A DNA stretch of 63,392 nt, filler included, from Rhizaria sp. SCN 62-66 (lineage: Eukaryota), in assembly GCA_001724265.1 (NCBI GenBank). It is 3 parts of 3 records of this genome, joined end to end, with 100 filler letters (N's around TTAATTAATTAA, not from the genome) between each part and the next. Parts side by side here need not be neighbours in the genome. Positions count along the whole stretch, not along the records: positions 1 to 27,182 come from MEDY01000662.1; 2 more parts are not named here. One strand, given 5' to 3'. This document shows positions 1 to 12,000 of this stretch, in pieces (the stretch's first letter is position 1; each line of letters opens with the position of its first letter). Made by a program: the position numbers and the translations under genes. The notes beneath the pieces are model-generated. The model had not been told where the DNA came from, did no database searches, and saw nothing but the letters and a program-made list of their open reading frames with translations.

Positions 1-3000
1 AGAGGCGGGGAAAACACCGCCCGTGGCCGCGGAGAGCGTGTCGATGGCGGCGATGATGCCCGCGGTCGGGGAGGTGTTCGAGGCCACGTTCTCGTCGTCG
101 TCATCGTCGTCCGCAGCGCCAGTGTCGTCGTTGTCGCTCGCGCTAGCAGCGTCGGCGACTGCATCAGTGCTTGCGCTGGCGGCGGGCACGGACTGGCCGA
201 ACGAGATGGGCTTGGACTCGGCAGATTCAGCAGTATCGGCAGCAGCAGGCGCAGACTCAGTCTTGGCAGCAGTCTCAGCGTCAGCGTCAGCGTCAGCGTC
301 AGCCTCAGTCTCAGGCTTGGTGGCATCAACAACAGGCTCGGCCTCGGCCTCGGTCTCAGCAGTAGCCTTCTCCGTAGCCTCAGCCTCAGCAGCAACAGCA
401 TCAGCAGCAGCAGCAGCCTCAGCGGCGGCGGAGGCCTCAGCGGCAGCGGCGGCCTCGGCGGCCTTCTTGGCCTGGCGCGCCTCGCGGCGTGCGTCGCGGG
501 CACTCACGCGCGCGGCCTCGGCCTTCTCAGCCTTCCCAGCGGCCTCGGCGGCCTCGGCGGCGTCCTTGGCCGCCTTGGCCTCGAGCGCAGCGGCGCGGGC
601 GCGGCGGCGCGCAGCCCACAGCGCGGCGCGCGCGCGGACCGCGTCGGCGGCCACGGCGGCGGCGGCGGCCGAGAGCGCCGCGGAAAGCGCGACGGTGGAC
701 AGTGGCACGCCCGGGTCGGCCTCGGCCTCCGCGTCGGCCGCAGCTGCGGCGGCGGCAGTGGCGGCGGCAGCGGCCTTGCGGGCCCTCTTGCTGACGTGGT
801 TCTTGCTCGGCTCAGCCGCAGTCGCTGCAGCGGCGACGGGGGCGGGGGCGGGGGCGGGCGGCGCGGGGAGGTTCGGGAAGACGGCCGCGTCGGCCTCAGT
901 AGCCGTGGCGCCGACGCGGACGGCGACGGCGACGAGCGAGGGCGTCAGCGAGGCCGCGGCGCGGTGGCGCAGCCCGGCCGCCGTGAGCGCCACGCGGTCG
1001 CGGGCCGCCAGCGCGCGCGCGCCCGTGACGCCCGCGGCCGAGAGCGCGACGAAGGGGGCGAAGAGCGCGGTCACCGCGGGCGCCAGCAGCAGGGCCAGCT
1101 CGCCCGCCGCGCCAGTCGCGGCGCCGGCAGCGGCGGCCGCGGAGGCAGGCGTGACCGGGGCGCGCGTGGCGAAGCCGGCGCGGGCGAAGAGGCTCGCCAG
1201 TGCGGCCAGGGCCTCGTGCGCGGGTGTCACGGCGACAGGGACCTCTGCGGCGACAGGGGCCACAGGGGTAACAGAGGCGGCGTCCTCAGAGGCGGCAGCG
1301 ACGGTGGCTGCAGACTCCTCAGCAGCGGCGACAGACACTGGGGTCGCGTCGGTGGCAGCGGCAGCGGTGGGCTTGGCGGCGACGGAGTCCTCTTCGGACT
1401 CAGCACTGTCACTCTCGCTCTCGCTGTCACTCTCCGCCTCGGCCTCAGGCTCGGCCTCGGTCTCGGCGGCAGCGGCCGCGGGCTCGGACTTGATGGGGGC
1501 CGTGCTGTTGGCGGCGGCGGCGGGCGTGATGAACTCGACCACTTCCTCGCGGCTCTTCTTCGCGGCGGCCGCGGCGGCGGCGCGCGCGCGGCGGCCGGCG
1601 CGGCCGGTCAGGCTCTCGGCGCCCGGGAAAGCGCTGTAGTAGGCAACACCGCCGCGGCGGCGACGGCCCTTGGCGGCGGGCTCGGGTGCGAGCGCGTCCG
1701 AGACGGCCTTGAGCGCGCGGGCCCAGCCGCGGCGGCCGAGCCCGTCGCCGTGCTGTGTGAGCACAAACTCGGTGTACTCGCGGGCCCAGTCCTCCTCGCT
1801 CCCGGTCAGCGCGGCAGCGTCCTTGGCGCTGGCGCTGCTCGAGCTGCGGAGGGCGGGGGCCATGGCGCGCGCGGCGGCGTACGTGGCCAGGATCGAGGCC
1901 AGCGCGACCGCGGCGGCGTACGTCGCGGGCAGCGGGGCCGCCAGCGTCGACGCGAGCGCCTCGCCCTTGGCCGCCGCGGCGACCGCGGCCTCGGCGGCGG
2001 CGGCGCGCCACAGCGTGATGACGCGCGTGTACGTCGCGGCGTAGGCGGTCGCGAAGGTGGCGGCGGCCGCGGCGTCGGCGGCGGAGGCCTGCACGGGGCC
2101 CGTCGACACGCCCGCGGCAGGGGCGGCGGCCGCGGCGGCGAGCGCGCGCGCGTCGATGCGGTCCTGGAGCGCGACAACGTAGGCGAAGGCCAGCGCGGCG
2201 GCCGGGGACGCGAAGGCGGCCGCGGTGGACACGCTCACGGTCGCGCCAGTCGGCTGCGCGGCGCCCGGGACGGTCAGAGAGGCCGCGACGGCGATGGCGC
2301 CGGTGGCGTCGGAGGACGGCGCGGCGGCGAGCGGGGACACAGAGGCGGGCACGGCGGTGTCGGCATGGCAGTAAAGCGCGGTCACGTCCACGGGTGCGAA
2401 CGAGAATGCACTTGAGATGCCGCAGCGAGCGAGCAGCGCGGTCTCCGCGTCGTCAGCCGCGGCGTGGACGTTGGTCTCGTCGTCGTCCTCGGCGACCGCG
2501 GCGAGCCCCGTGGTGGTGATGTTGGTCTGCGTGAGCCCGGCGCCCGTGGCGGTGACGCTGAGCGCGCTCGTGTTGGCCGCGGCCTCGGAGGCTGCGGCGG
2601 AGGTGTCGCCCGCGCCGCCGTACTGGAAGTGCGCCGACACAGACGCCGTCGACGCGGTCGAGTCGTCAAGCGCAGAGGCGTTCGAGTCAACCGCAGTACC
2701 AGCGGAGCTTGCCTCAGCATCCGCGTCAGCAGGAGCAGCGTTGGCGAGGGAATCGTTGAGGCCGAGGCCGTCCTCCGTCTGAGACATGTCAAGGAAGTTG
2801 TCCGTCTCAAGCGCAGTCCCAGCCGCAGTCTCAGCCTGAGCCTCAGCGGCAGCGGCAGGGGCAGCGGCAGCGACAGGGACAGGGACGCCAGCGGCCTGCG
2901 CGATCATGGCGGCAGTGGCGGCCTCGATGCGGCGGCGCACGACGGCCTCAGCGGCGGCGCGGTCCTCCGCGCCGGCGCCGGAGCCCGCGATGGCGGCCGC

Positions 3001-6000
3001 GGCGGCGCGCGCGGGGGCGGCGGGGTCGACCCAGCGCACGCCCCACATCTCCAGTCCGCTCACAGTCGCAGCCGGCGCAGAGACAGAAGCAGCGGCGCTG
3101 ACTGTGGAGCTAGAGCTGGGGCTGGCGGGCACGGCGGTGGCGGCGGCGACGTCAGGGGCAACGAGCAGGGGCAGGAAGCCCTCGGCGAGGCAGCGCGACA
3201 CCTGCACGCGCGTCGACAGCGCCAGCGTGGCGGCCACGGCGGCGCCCTCCACGCCGGCCTCCGCGGCCACGGGCGCAGCGACGGGGACGGCGCCGAGTAC
3301 GGCGGCAGCAGCAGCGGAGGCAGCGGCGAGCGTGACGGCGCCGAGGTGGCCGGGCCTCGTGCCGGGCGTGGCCGCGGCGGGCGCGGCGACGGCGGGCGGC
3401 AGCGAGACGAGCGTCTTGACCTCGCCGCTGCTGTGCACGAAAAGCGTCACGGCCACCACGGGGCGCGACGCGGCGGTCGCGGCCGCGGTCGTCGCGGCGC
3501 GTGCGGCCGCGGTGGCGGCAGCCGCGGCGTCGTCGTCGTCCTCGGCGTCGTCGCCCGCGGCCGTCACGGCGGGCGCGTCGACAAAGGCGTAGCCGTAGCG
3601 GCCGTTGCCGACGCCGCTGCTCGCGGACGCGCTCGCGGCCGCCGCGGCGGTGCGCGCGGCGAAAGAGAGCACGAGAGCGCGCTCTTTGTCTTCATCGCCC
3701 ACTGTCGCCGCATCAGAAGCGGAGACGAGGCGGGCGTACTCAGCGCTAACCGTGGCGAGCATAGTGGGCGCGGGCGTGGCCACGGGCAGCCAGCTGCCGC
3801 GCACGGCGAGGCGCGCCGCCTCGGGGCTCGCGGGGTCCACGGCGGCCGTCGCGGCGGCGGCAGCGGCGGCGGTGGCGCCCACGGCGGCAGACAGCATGCT
3901 CGCGGCGGCGGCGGCGGCCGGGGCGGGGAAGACCGGCACGGGCGCGGCGCGGCGGCGCGGCGCGGCGGGCTTGTTGGCGGACGTAGCAGCGGCAGCGGCA
4001 GCGGCGGCAGCGGCGGAGGCGGAGCCAGGGCCAGCCGAGGTGGTCGCGAGCTTGTTCTTGGACGGACCGGCCATGAGCTCAGCCAGCGACACGTTGCGCT
4101 TGGCGCCCTCGCCCGCGGCGGCCACGGCGGCCATCGTGGCGCGCGCCTCGGCCGCGGCGCGGGCGGCAGCGGAGCCAGGGGCCAGACTGCCGGCGCTTGT
4201 GCTACCGAGGATGAGGTCCTCCGCGCTCACCGCGGCCGCAGCAGCAGCGGCAGCGGCGGGAGAGACAGCGGCGGCGACGGCGGGCGCGGCCGGGAGCGCG
4301 GCGGCGGCGGCGGCGAGCGCGGCGCGCGGCGCGACGAGGCGCCACTGGCCGTGCGCCAGCAGCCCGGCGCCGCGCGCGACGGCCAGGGCCACCGAGGCGG
4401 GGTCGGCCGCGGCGGCCAGCGGGGACAGGAGCAGGCCCGACGCCGCGGGCGCGGCCAGGGCCGCCACAAGCAGGCGCGCGGCCGCCGTAGCGGTCTCGGC
4501 GTCGACATCGTCGGCGGCGGCGGCGCCTGCACTCTTGTCGCTGACAGAGGGCGAGAGGAGGGCAACCGCGCGGGCCAGCACGGGCGCCGCGGAGGCGGCC
4601 ACAGCGTCAGCCGCGGCCTGTGCCTGCGACTTCGTCTCAGCAGCAGCAGCAGCAGCAGCGGGAGCGGGAGTGGCAGCGGCAGCGGCAGACTGGGGGGTCT
4701 TGAGCGAGCGAGCGATGGCGACGAGCGCGGTGGCGGCGCGCTCCTGCTCCACGGCGCGCGCGCGGGCCGCGGCGACGGCGGCCGAGGGCGCGTTGGGCGC
4801 CGCAGTGGCTGCCACGCGCACGCGCGCGCGCACCGAGAGGTCCGCTGTGAGGTAGCACACCAGGCAGTCGACGCGGTCGCGCGCGGAGAAGGCGCCCGCG
4901 GCGGCGGCGCGCTGCCAGGCCGAGAGCGTGACCCAGTGGCGGGCGGCGCGCGCGCGCAGCCACGCGGCGACGGGCAGCGCGACGGGCAGCGCGGCGGCCC
5001 CGGTGGCGCCGGCCGCGGGCTGCGAGACGCGGAAGCAGTCGGCCGCGGCGAAAGCGGCGAGGTACGGCGCGTCGGCGCGCACGGGGACCGCGGCGGCGGA
5101 GCCAGACGCGGCGGTGGCGACGGCGAGCGCGGCGGCGGCGCGGGCCGTGACGTAACCCGCGGGCACGGGCGACGCCAGCGGCAGCGGCGGGGTGACCGTG
5201 AGCGCGCGCGCCCACGCGGGGACCGAGCACTTCGCGTCAGTCCCGCTCTTGTCCTTGCCCTCAGCGGCGGTGGCAGCGGCGAGCGATGTCTCGAGGATCT
5301 TGGCGAAGACGGCGACCAGCAGCGCCTCTTGGCCCAGCGCCTCGCGCTCCGCGCCCGCGGCCGCGGGGGCCACGGTCGCGGCGGGCAGCGGGTGCCGCAG
5401 CCGGTACGCCGCCGTCGCCAAGGCCGCCGCGACTGCGGCGCCGGTGTAGGCCTCGCGGTCGGCCCCAGCCACGTCGGCGGCGGCCAGGGGCGCGGCCAGC
5501 GCGGCGGCGACGCGGGCGAAGAAGCGCGCGTGCGCGGCCGCGGCGGCGGTGATGCCGGCGTCGGCGTCGCCCAGGGGCGTCTCGCCCGCGCCGGCAGCCG
5601 TCGCCGCAGCCGCAGTTGCAGTAGCAGCGGCAGGGAGGTCCTCGAGGGGCTCGCCCGCAGCGGCAGCGGCGTCAGCGGCGGCGGTGGCGGCGGCGCGCGC
5701 CTTGTCCGCAGCCTCCTTGGCGTGCGTGCGCGCCTCCTCGGCGACCTCAACGTCGATGAGCGCCAGCAGCACCGAGTTGTCACGGTTCACCCCCGCCAGC
5801 ACGGCGGCGCGCGCGCGGAACGCGGCCGCGGTCGCCACAGTCGCGAGGACACGGGGCAGCGCGGCAAGCGCAGGGGACACCGCGAGAGCGGCAGCAGTGT
5901 TGGCAGCGAGGACGGCGAGGGCCGCGGCGAGCGCGGCGGCCACGGCGGCGCGGTCGGTGCTGCCGACCAGGGCCAGTAGCGCCTGCGCGCGCGCCGCGGG

Positions 6001-9000
6001 GGCCACGACGGCGGGCGGCACCGACACCATCTTGAGGGCGACGACGCTGTCATCGCCCGTAGCGGGGCCGACGGTGAGGGTGAGCAGCACCGCGTCGCGG
6101 GCGGCCGCGGCGGCGGCGAGCGCGGGCGGCAGCGGGGCGGGCGCGGGCACCGTGAGCAACTGCGCGGCGGCGACGAGCAGCGCCCAGTCGGCGTCGGCGC
6201 TCTCGGCCTGCACGGCCGCGGCAGACACGCGCACGGGGCGCACCGAGGCCAGCGCGGCCGCGAAGGCCGACTCGGCCGCAGCGGCCTTGGCCCTGGCCTC
6301 GGTCTCAGCCTCGGTCTCCGTCTTCGTCTCGGCGTCGGACGCGACAGGAGTCTCGGCCGCGGCGTCGGGAGCAGACTCCGTAGCGCCGGCAGCGCCGGCA
6401 GCGCCGGCAGAAATGAGGGACTTGGCCCAGCTCTTGATGGTGCTGGTGTCGGCGAGCGTGCCCGCGGCGGCGCCGGCGACGGTGACGTTGCCCTCGGCCG
6501 AGGCGGCCACAGCGCCATCGGCGTCGGCGCAGGCGCCCGTGAGCGAATAGAAAAGCGCGACCTCGTCCTTGTCCTCTGTGTCCACGACAGCCTCGGCCTC
6601 GACCTCAGCCTCGGGCTCGGGCGCGTCGACGTCCTCGGACACGGCCTCACTCTTCGCAGCGTCAGCCTCGGGCTTCGCCACGGGATCGGCCTCGGACTTG
6701 TCCGCGTCGGGCTTGGCATCGGCCTCAGCAACAGGGGCAGGAGCAGGAGCAGCGACGGGAGTGGGGACGGGGACGGGCTCAGGGAGGATACCGCCCCGGC
6801 CGCAGGCGACGACGTGGCGCGCCATCACAAGCACTTCGGGCACCGTAGCCGCAGCATCGACCTTAGTCTCAGCCTTTGCATCCGTCTTGCTCTCGCTCTT
6901 GTCCTCAGACTCGGCCTCCGCGGCAGCCACCTTGGCCTCAGCAGCCTTGGCCTCAGCAGCAGCGGCGGCCGCGGCGGCGCGGCGGTCCTGCTCCTTCTTG
7001 AGTGCGGCGACGGCCTCGGCGGGCGCGCGCGTCGCGGCAGCGGCCCACTGGCGCTTGCGGGCCGTGGCGCGCGCGGCGTCAACGAACTCCTGGTTCTTCT
7101 TCAAACTCGCCTCGGCGCGCGCCAACCGGGCCTCGGCGCGGATCGCGGCACGGCGGGCCGCGAAGGCGCGCGCGTGCTGCGCGGCCGCGGCGGCCACGGT
7201 CAGCACGGCCGCGGCGCCCGCGCGCACGGTGGCGGCCGCGGCGGCGAGCTGCGCCGACTCGGTGCCGCCCATCGCGGCCGCGGCGGCCGTCGCCGCGGCG
7301 GTCACCGCAGCGTTCTCGTCGTCGCCTGCGTTGGCGGGGGTCGGGGCGGCGTCGGGGTGCGCGAGGCGGATGTGCGCCAGAGAGCGCGTGCGGTGCAGCG
7401 CCGCGACGCCGCGCACGGCCGCGGTGAGCAGCGCGGCGGGCGACTCGGCGGCCACGGCGGCGGATGCCTCCTCGGCAGCCAGGAAGGTCGACAGCGCGGC
7501 GGCGGCCTTGGCCACAGCCTCCTCGTGCTTGGCCTTCTCCCGGGCCTCCTTGGCCTCGGCACTCTCGCCCGCGGCGCTAGTGGCGGCGGCGGCGTCGTCC
7601 TTCTTCTCCTCCTCCGCGGCGGCAGCAGGAGCGGCCGCGGCGGCGGCGGGAGCGATGGGCGTGGTGAGGCCGAGCGCGGCGAGCATGCGGACGGCGGCGC
7701 GCGTGGCCGCGGCGTCGGCGACAGCGCGGCCGACACCCGCCGCGGTCGCCATCGCCAGCGCCGAGGCCTCGTTGGCGAACTCGGGGCCCTGCAGGCGGGC
7801 CTCCCAGTCAATCACCTCCTTGGCGGCGGGCGCGGGGGCAGCGGCAGCCTCAGGCTTCGCTTCGGGCTCGGGTTTGGATTCAGACTCAGCCTCAGGCTTA
7901 GCCTCAGGGTCAGCATCGGCGTCGGCATCAGCGGGCTTGTCATCAGAAGCCTCAGTAGCATCTGCATCAGCCTTAGCCTCAGCCTCAGCAGCGGCCTTGT
8001 CGGCAGCCTCCTTCTCAGCCTTCGCCTTCTCTTCCGCAGCGGCCTTGGCAGCCTCAGCGGCCTTGGCAGCGGCCATGTCGACGGCGAGCGCGTCCGCGGC
8101 CGCGATGGCGGCGGCGCGGGCGGCGGCGGCGGCGACGCGGGCCGGCGCGGCGGCGAGCAGCGGCAGCGCGGCTGTGGCCCAGGCGTCGGTCACGGCCGAG
8201 GGCCGCAGCAGGCGCAGCGCCACCGCGCGCGGCGTGAACAGACGGCCCCACGCGGACGCCGCGGGCGCGGGCGCGGGCGCGTTGGCCTCGGCGGCAGCCG
8301 CGGCGGCCTCGAGCGCAGCCACGGACGCGGACGTCGCGGCGCCGGCGGCGGGGGCCGCGGGAACGGCGAAGAAAAGCGCCAGCACGTCGGCGCCGGTCAC
8401 GCCCTTGCCGATCGCGGCCTCGAGTGCGGCCGCAGAAGACGCGGCAGCGCACGCAGCGGATGCGGTCGCGTTCGCGGGCGCGGCGAGGAAGGCAGACTTA
8501 AAGGCGCGGGCCGCGGCGACGCGCGCGAGAGCCTGCGCGCGGCGGCGCAGGCGCTGGGCGCGGGCCGCAGGGGCGCGCGCCTCGGTGGCTGACAGCGACG
8601 CCAGCGCGGCCGCAAGCGCGCGACGGTGGTACGTCAGGCGGCGCAGTGGCGCGAGGGCCGGGAGCGCGGCCGCGGAGGGCTCGCAGTGGGCTGCGAAGGC
8701 GGCCGCGGGGGAGAGAGGCGCCGCGACAAGAGCGACAGAGGACTCGGTCTCGGTCTTCGTCTCGGTCTCAGTCTTAACAGCAGCAGTCTCGGGTTCAGCG
8801 CCAGCCTCAGCAACGACCTCAGCCTTCTCGGCCTCGGTCGCAGTCTCGGCCTCGTCCTTGGCATCAGCCTCAGCAGCAGCATCAGCCTCAGTCTCAGGCT
8901 CAGCATCTGCCTCAGCCTCGGCCTTGCCCACAGGCTCAGCCTCAGCGACAGCCTCGGGCTCGGGCTCAGCGACGACGGGGATGAAGACCGCCTCGGGGAA

Positions 9001-12000
9001 GGGAACCAACGCGACGTACACAGTCTCCAGCCCAGCGGCGACAACCTCCTCGGCCGTGGCCTGCGCGGCGGACGCCGTGAGCCCGCCGCGGCGGCCCGTC
9101 TCGGCGGCCTCCAGCGCGGCCAGCAGCAGCGCGCCGGCGTCACAGTCATCAACGCTGTCCGCGCTGCCGCTGGCGCTGGTCTCGCTCTTGCTCTTGCTCT
9201 TGCTCTTCTTGGTGAGGCGGGCGCGCGCGGCGGCGACGCTGCTGCGGAGCGCCTGTGCGTTGCCCGAGGCCGCGGCCCAAGCGGCGTACACTTCCAGCGC
9301 GCGGCGCACGGCGGCGGCCGCGGCGGACAGACAGGCGGCCTTGGCCTCAGCGTCCGCCTCAGCGTCCGCCTCGGCATCAGCGGCGTCGGCAGCGTCGCTG
9401 GCGACGGGCTTGGGCTTGCTGTTGCCGGCGAGCCAGCGGGTGAGGCGCGCGATGTGACGCGAGGTCAGCACGCCCTCGATCTCGTCCTCCTCCTCGTCGT
9501 CGTCGTTGGCGCCGGTGCCAGAAGACTTGGCGCCGGATACGGAGTTGCTGCTGCTGGGGAAGGCGAACGTCGCGACGCCGGCGGCGCGCGCGGCGGTCGC
9601 GGCCTCGGTCGCGGCAACCCACGCGGCGCGTGCGGCAACCCAAAGCCCGGGCGCGGCGGCGCGGGCCGCGGCGGCCTCGCTCACGGCGGCCGCAGAGGCC
9701 GCGGCGGCGCAAAGAGGCGCCGGCACGGCGGCGGTGTCGAGCGCCAAGACCGGCGCGGGCGCGGCGGCCAGGGCGGCGGCGAGCTGCGGCAGCGACAGCG
9801 GCGCGCTGGTGTCGACGGCAGTAGCAGCAGCGACTGCAGCGGCCTCCTTGCCGGCGTCGGCGTCGGTCTTGGACTCGGCACCGTCGGCGGGCTTGTTGGC
9901 GTTGGCGATGAGAGCATAGAGGTCGGCAACGGTGAGGTCGCGCAGCAGCGGGTGCGCCCCGAGGGCGGCCTCCACGGTCTCGGCCAGACTGGGGTCAGCG
10001 ACCACGGGCTCAGTCACGACAGGCTCGGTGACAGCAGGCTCCTCGGTAGCAGCGGACTCAGCGGCGGGCTCGGTCAACTCAGCAGCAGGGGCAGCGGCAT
10101 CAGTCGACTCCGCCTCAACGTCAGCATCAGCCTTGACAGCCTCGGACTCGGCTTCAGTGTCAGCCTTAGCGGACTCAGCCTCAGTGGTCTCCTCAGCATC
10201 GGCCTTGCAAGTCTCAGCCTCAGCCTCAGTAGCCTCAGCAGCAGCCTCAGCTTCAGCCTCAGTAGCCTCAGCAGCGACGGGCACAGCGATCGGGACGGCC
10301 TCAGCAGCGATGCGCGCGCGCACGAGAGCGCGGGCCGCGTTAACCCTGTCGACGAGCGCCTGCGCCTGCGCCGCGCTCACCGTCTCGGTCGTGCGCTGCG
10401 CCCTGGCCTTCGCCGTCGCGATGATGGGCGCCGCGTCGGCCTCCCACTCCTCCTGCTCGTCGTCCTCCTCGGCCTCAGCCTCAGCAACAGCGTCGGCGTC
10501 GGCCTCAGCAGAGGCCTTGATGGCGTTGGTGTCGTCAATTACCTTCTCAGCACCGCCGACAGTGGTGCTAGAACTGGCCTGTGCGCTGGCGGGCTTGGCG
10601 CGCGGGTCGACGCCGCAGAGGTCGTCGAGGTCGTCCTCGGCCACCACCGCGGGCTCGTCGTCGTCGGCAGCACTGCGCTTGCTGTGGGCGAGCGCGGCTG
10701 TGGCCGAAGTGCACACCTGGTCCTCGTCCTGCTCCGAGTCGGACCAGCCGCCCGCGAGCGCTGCGGGGCAGGCCTCAGCCGCCAGCGCGCGGGCCAGCTC
10801 GCCCTCAATCGCGCTCGCCACGCGGTCGAACGGACTCGCCTCGCTCGAGTCGGTACTCGCAGTCGTAGCAGTGAACGAAGCAGAGCTCGCGGCGGTGCTG
10901 TTGATGATGTTCGTGGCGGCGGTGGTGCGGAGCTTGGCGAAGGCGCGGTCGTGCGCGATGCGCCCCGCCACGGCCGCCGTCACCACGGCCTCGACCTCGC
11001 CCCACGCGGCTGCGCTCTCGGCCGCGGTCTGGCCCTGCGCGGCGGAGCGCGCCTGGAGCAGCTCGCGGACCGCGGCCACGCCCTGCTGCAGCGCGTCGGC
11101 CGTCGCGGGCCGCTGCGGCGCGCCGGGCAGCAGCTCCGCGCGCGCTGCGACGTAGCCCTCGGACCGCGTGCCAGCCACCCAGGCGGGGTTCTGCGCGCGG
11201 CCGTACGCCTGCGCGGCCACAGCCTCGGGGGGGACGACCTAGAGTAGATCACAAAAAAAGACAAGAAAACGAAGGCAGTTGTGAGGGTTGATATATCATA
11301 AAAAGCACTTGGATGGAAAACTATGAACGACGTTTGAATAATGGAAATGATGTTTTTGAACGAGTATAATAACCAGTTTAAACGCAATCGACATGGACGC
11401 ACCTGGTACGGCTCCTGGCCGTCGACAACGGTCGCGGGCCCCCACTCGCGGGGGTCGAAGTGCGAAGCGAGCCGCAGCAGCAGCCGCACGTCGCCGACCC
11501 CGGCCGCGAGCACGCTGCCCGCGGTCGCGCCACCGTCGGTGTGGGCCGCGGCGTCGGCGGCGGCGGCGGCGAGCGCCTCGAGCGCCTCCGGCTCGGCGGC
11601 GGCGACGGCGCGGCCGAGCACGCGCACCGCGGGCCACACGCCCAGGTATGCGGCGTAAGGCAGCAGCGCGAGCTGCGTCGCGGTCGGCAGCGCCAGCGCG
11701 TGGAACGGCAACTGGTAGGCGGCCCAAAAGGCCTCGACCGCCTGGCGCGGGTCCTGCAGCAGGTACGCCGCATCGAGCCGCGCCAGCGCCAGCGCGCGCA
11801 TCGCGGCCGCGCTCGCGGCCAGAGCGGCAGCGTCGGTCTCGGCGCTCGAGGAAGACGCGGAGGACAGGGCAGAGGCGGACGTGGCGGTGAGGGCGGCAAC
11901 CTGCGCGGCCGAGAGGTCGAGCACGCGCCACACGCGCAGCAGGTGCGCCCGGGCCGCCTCCTCGCCCGTGGCCGCAGAGGCCGCAGTAGCGGCGGCAGCG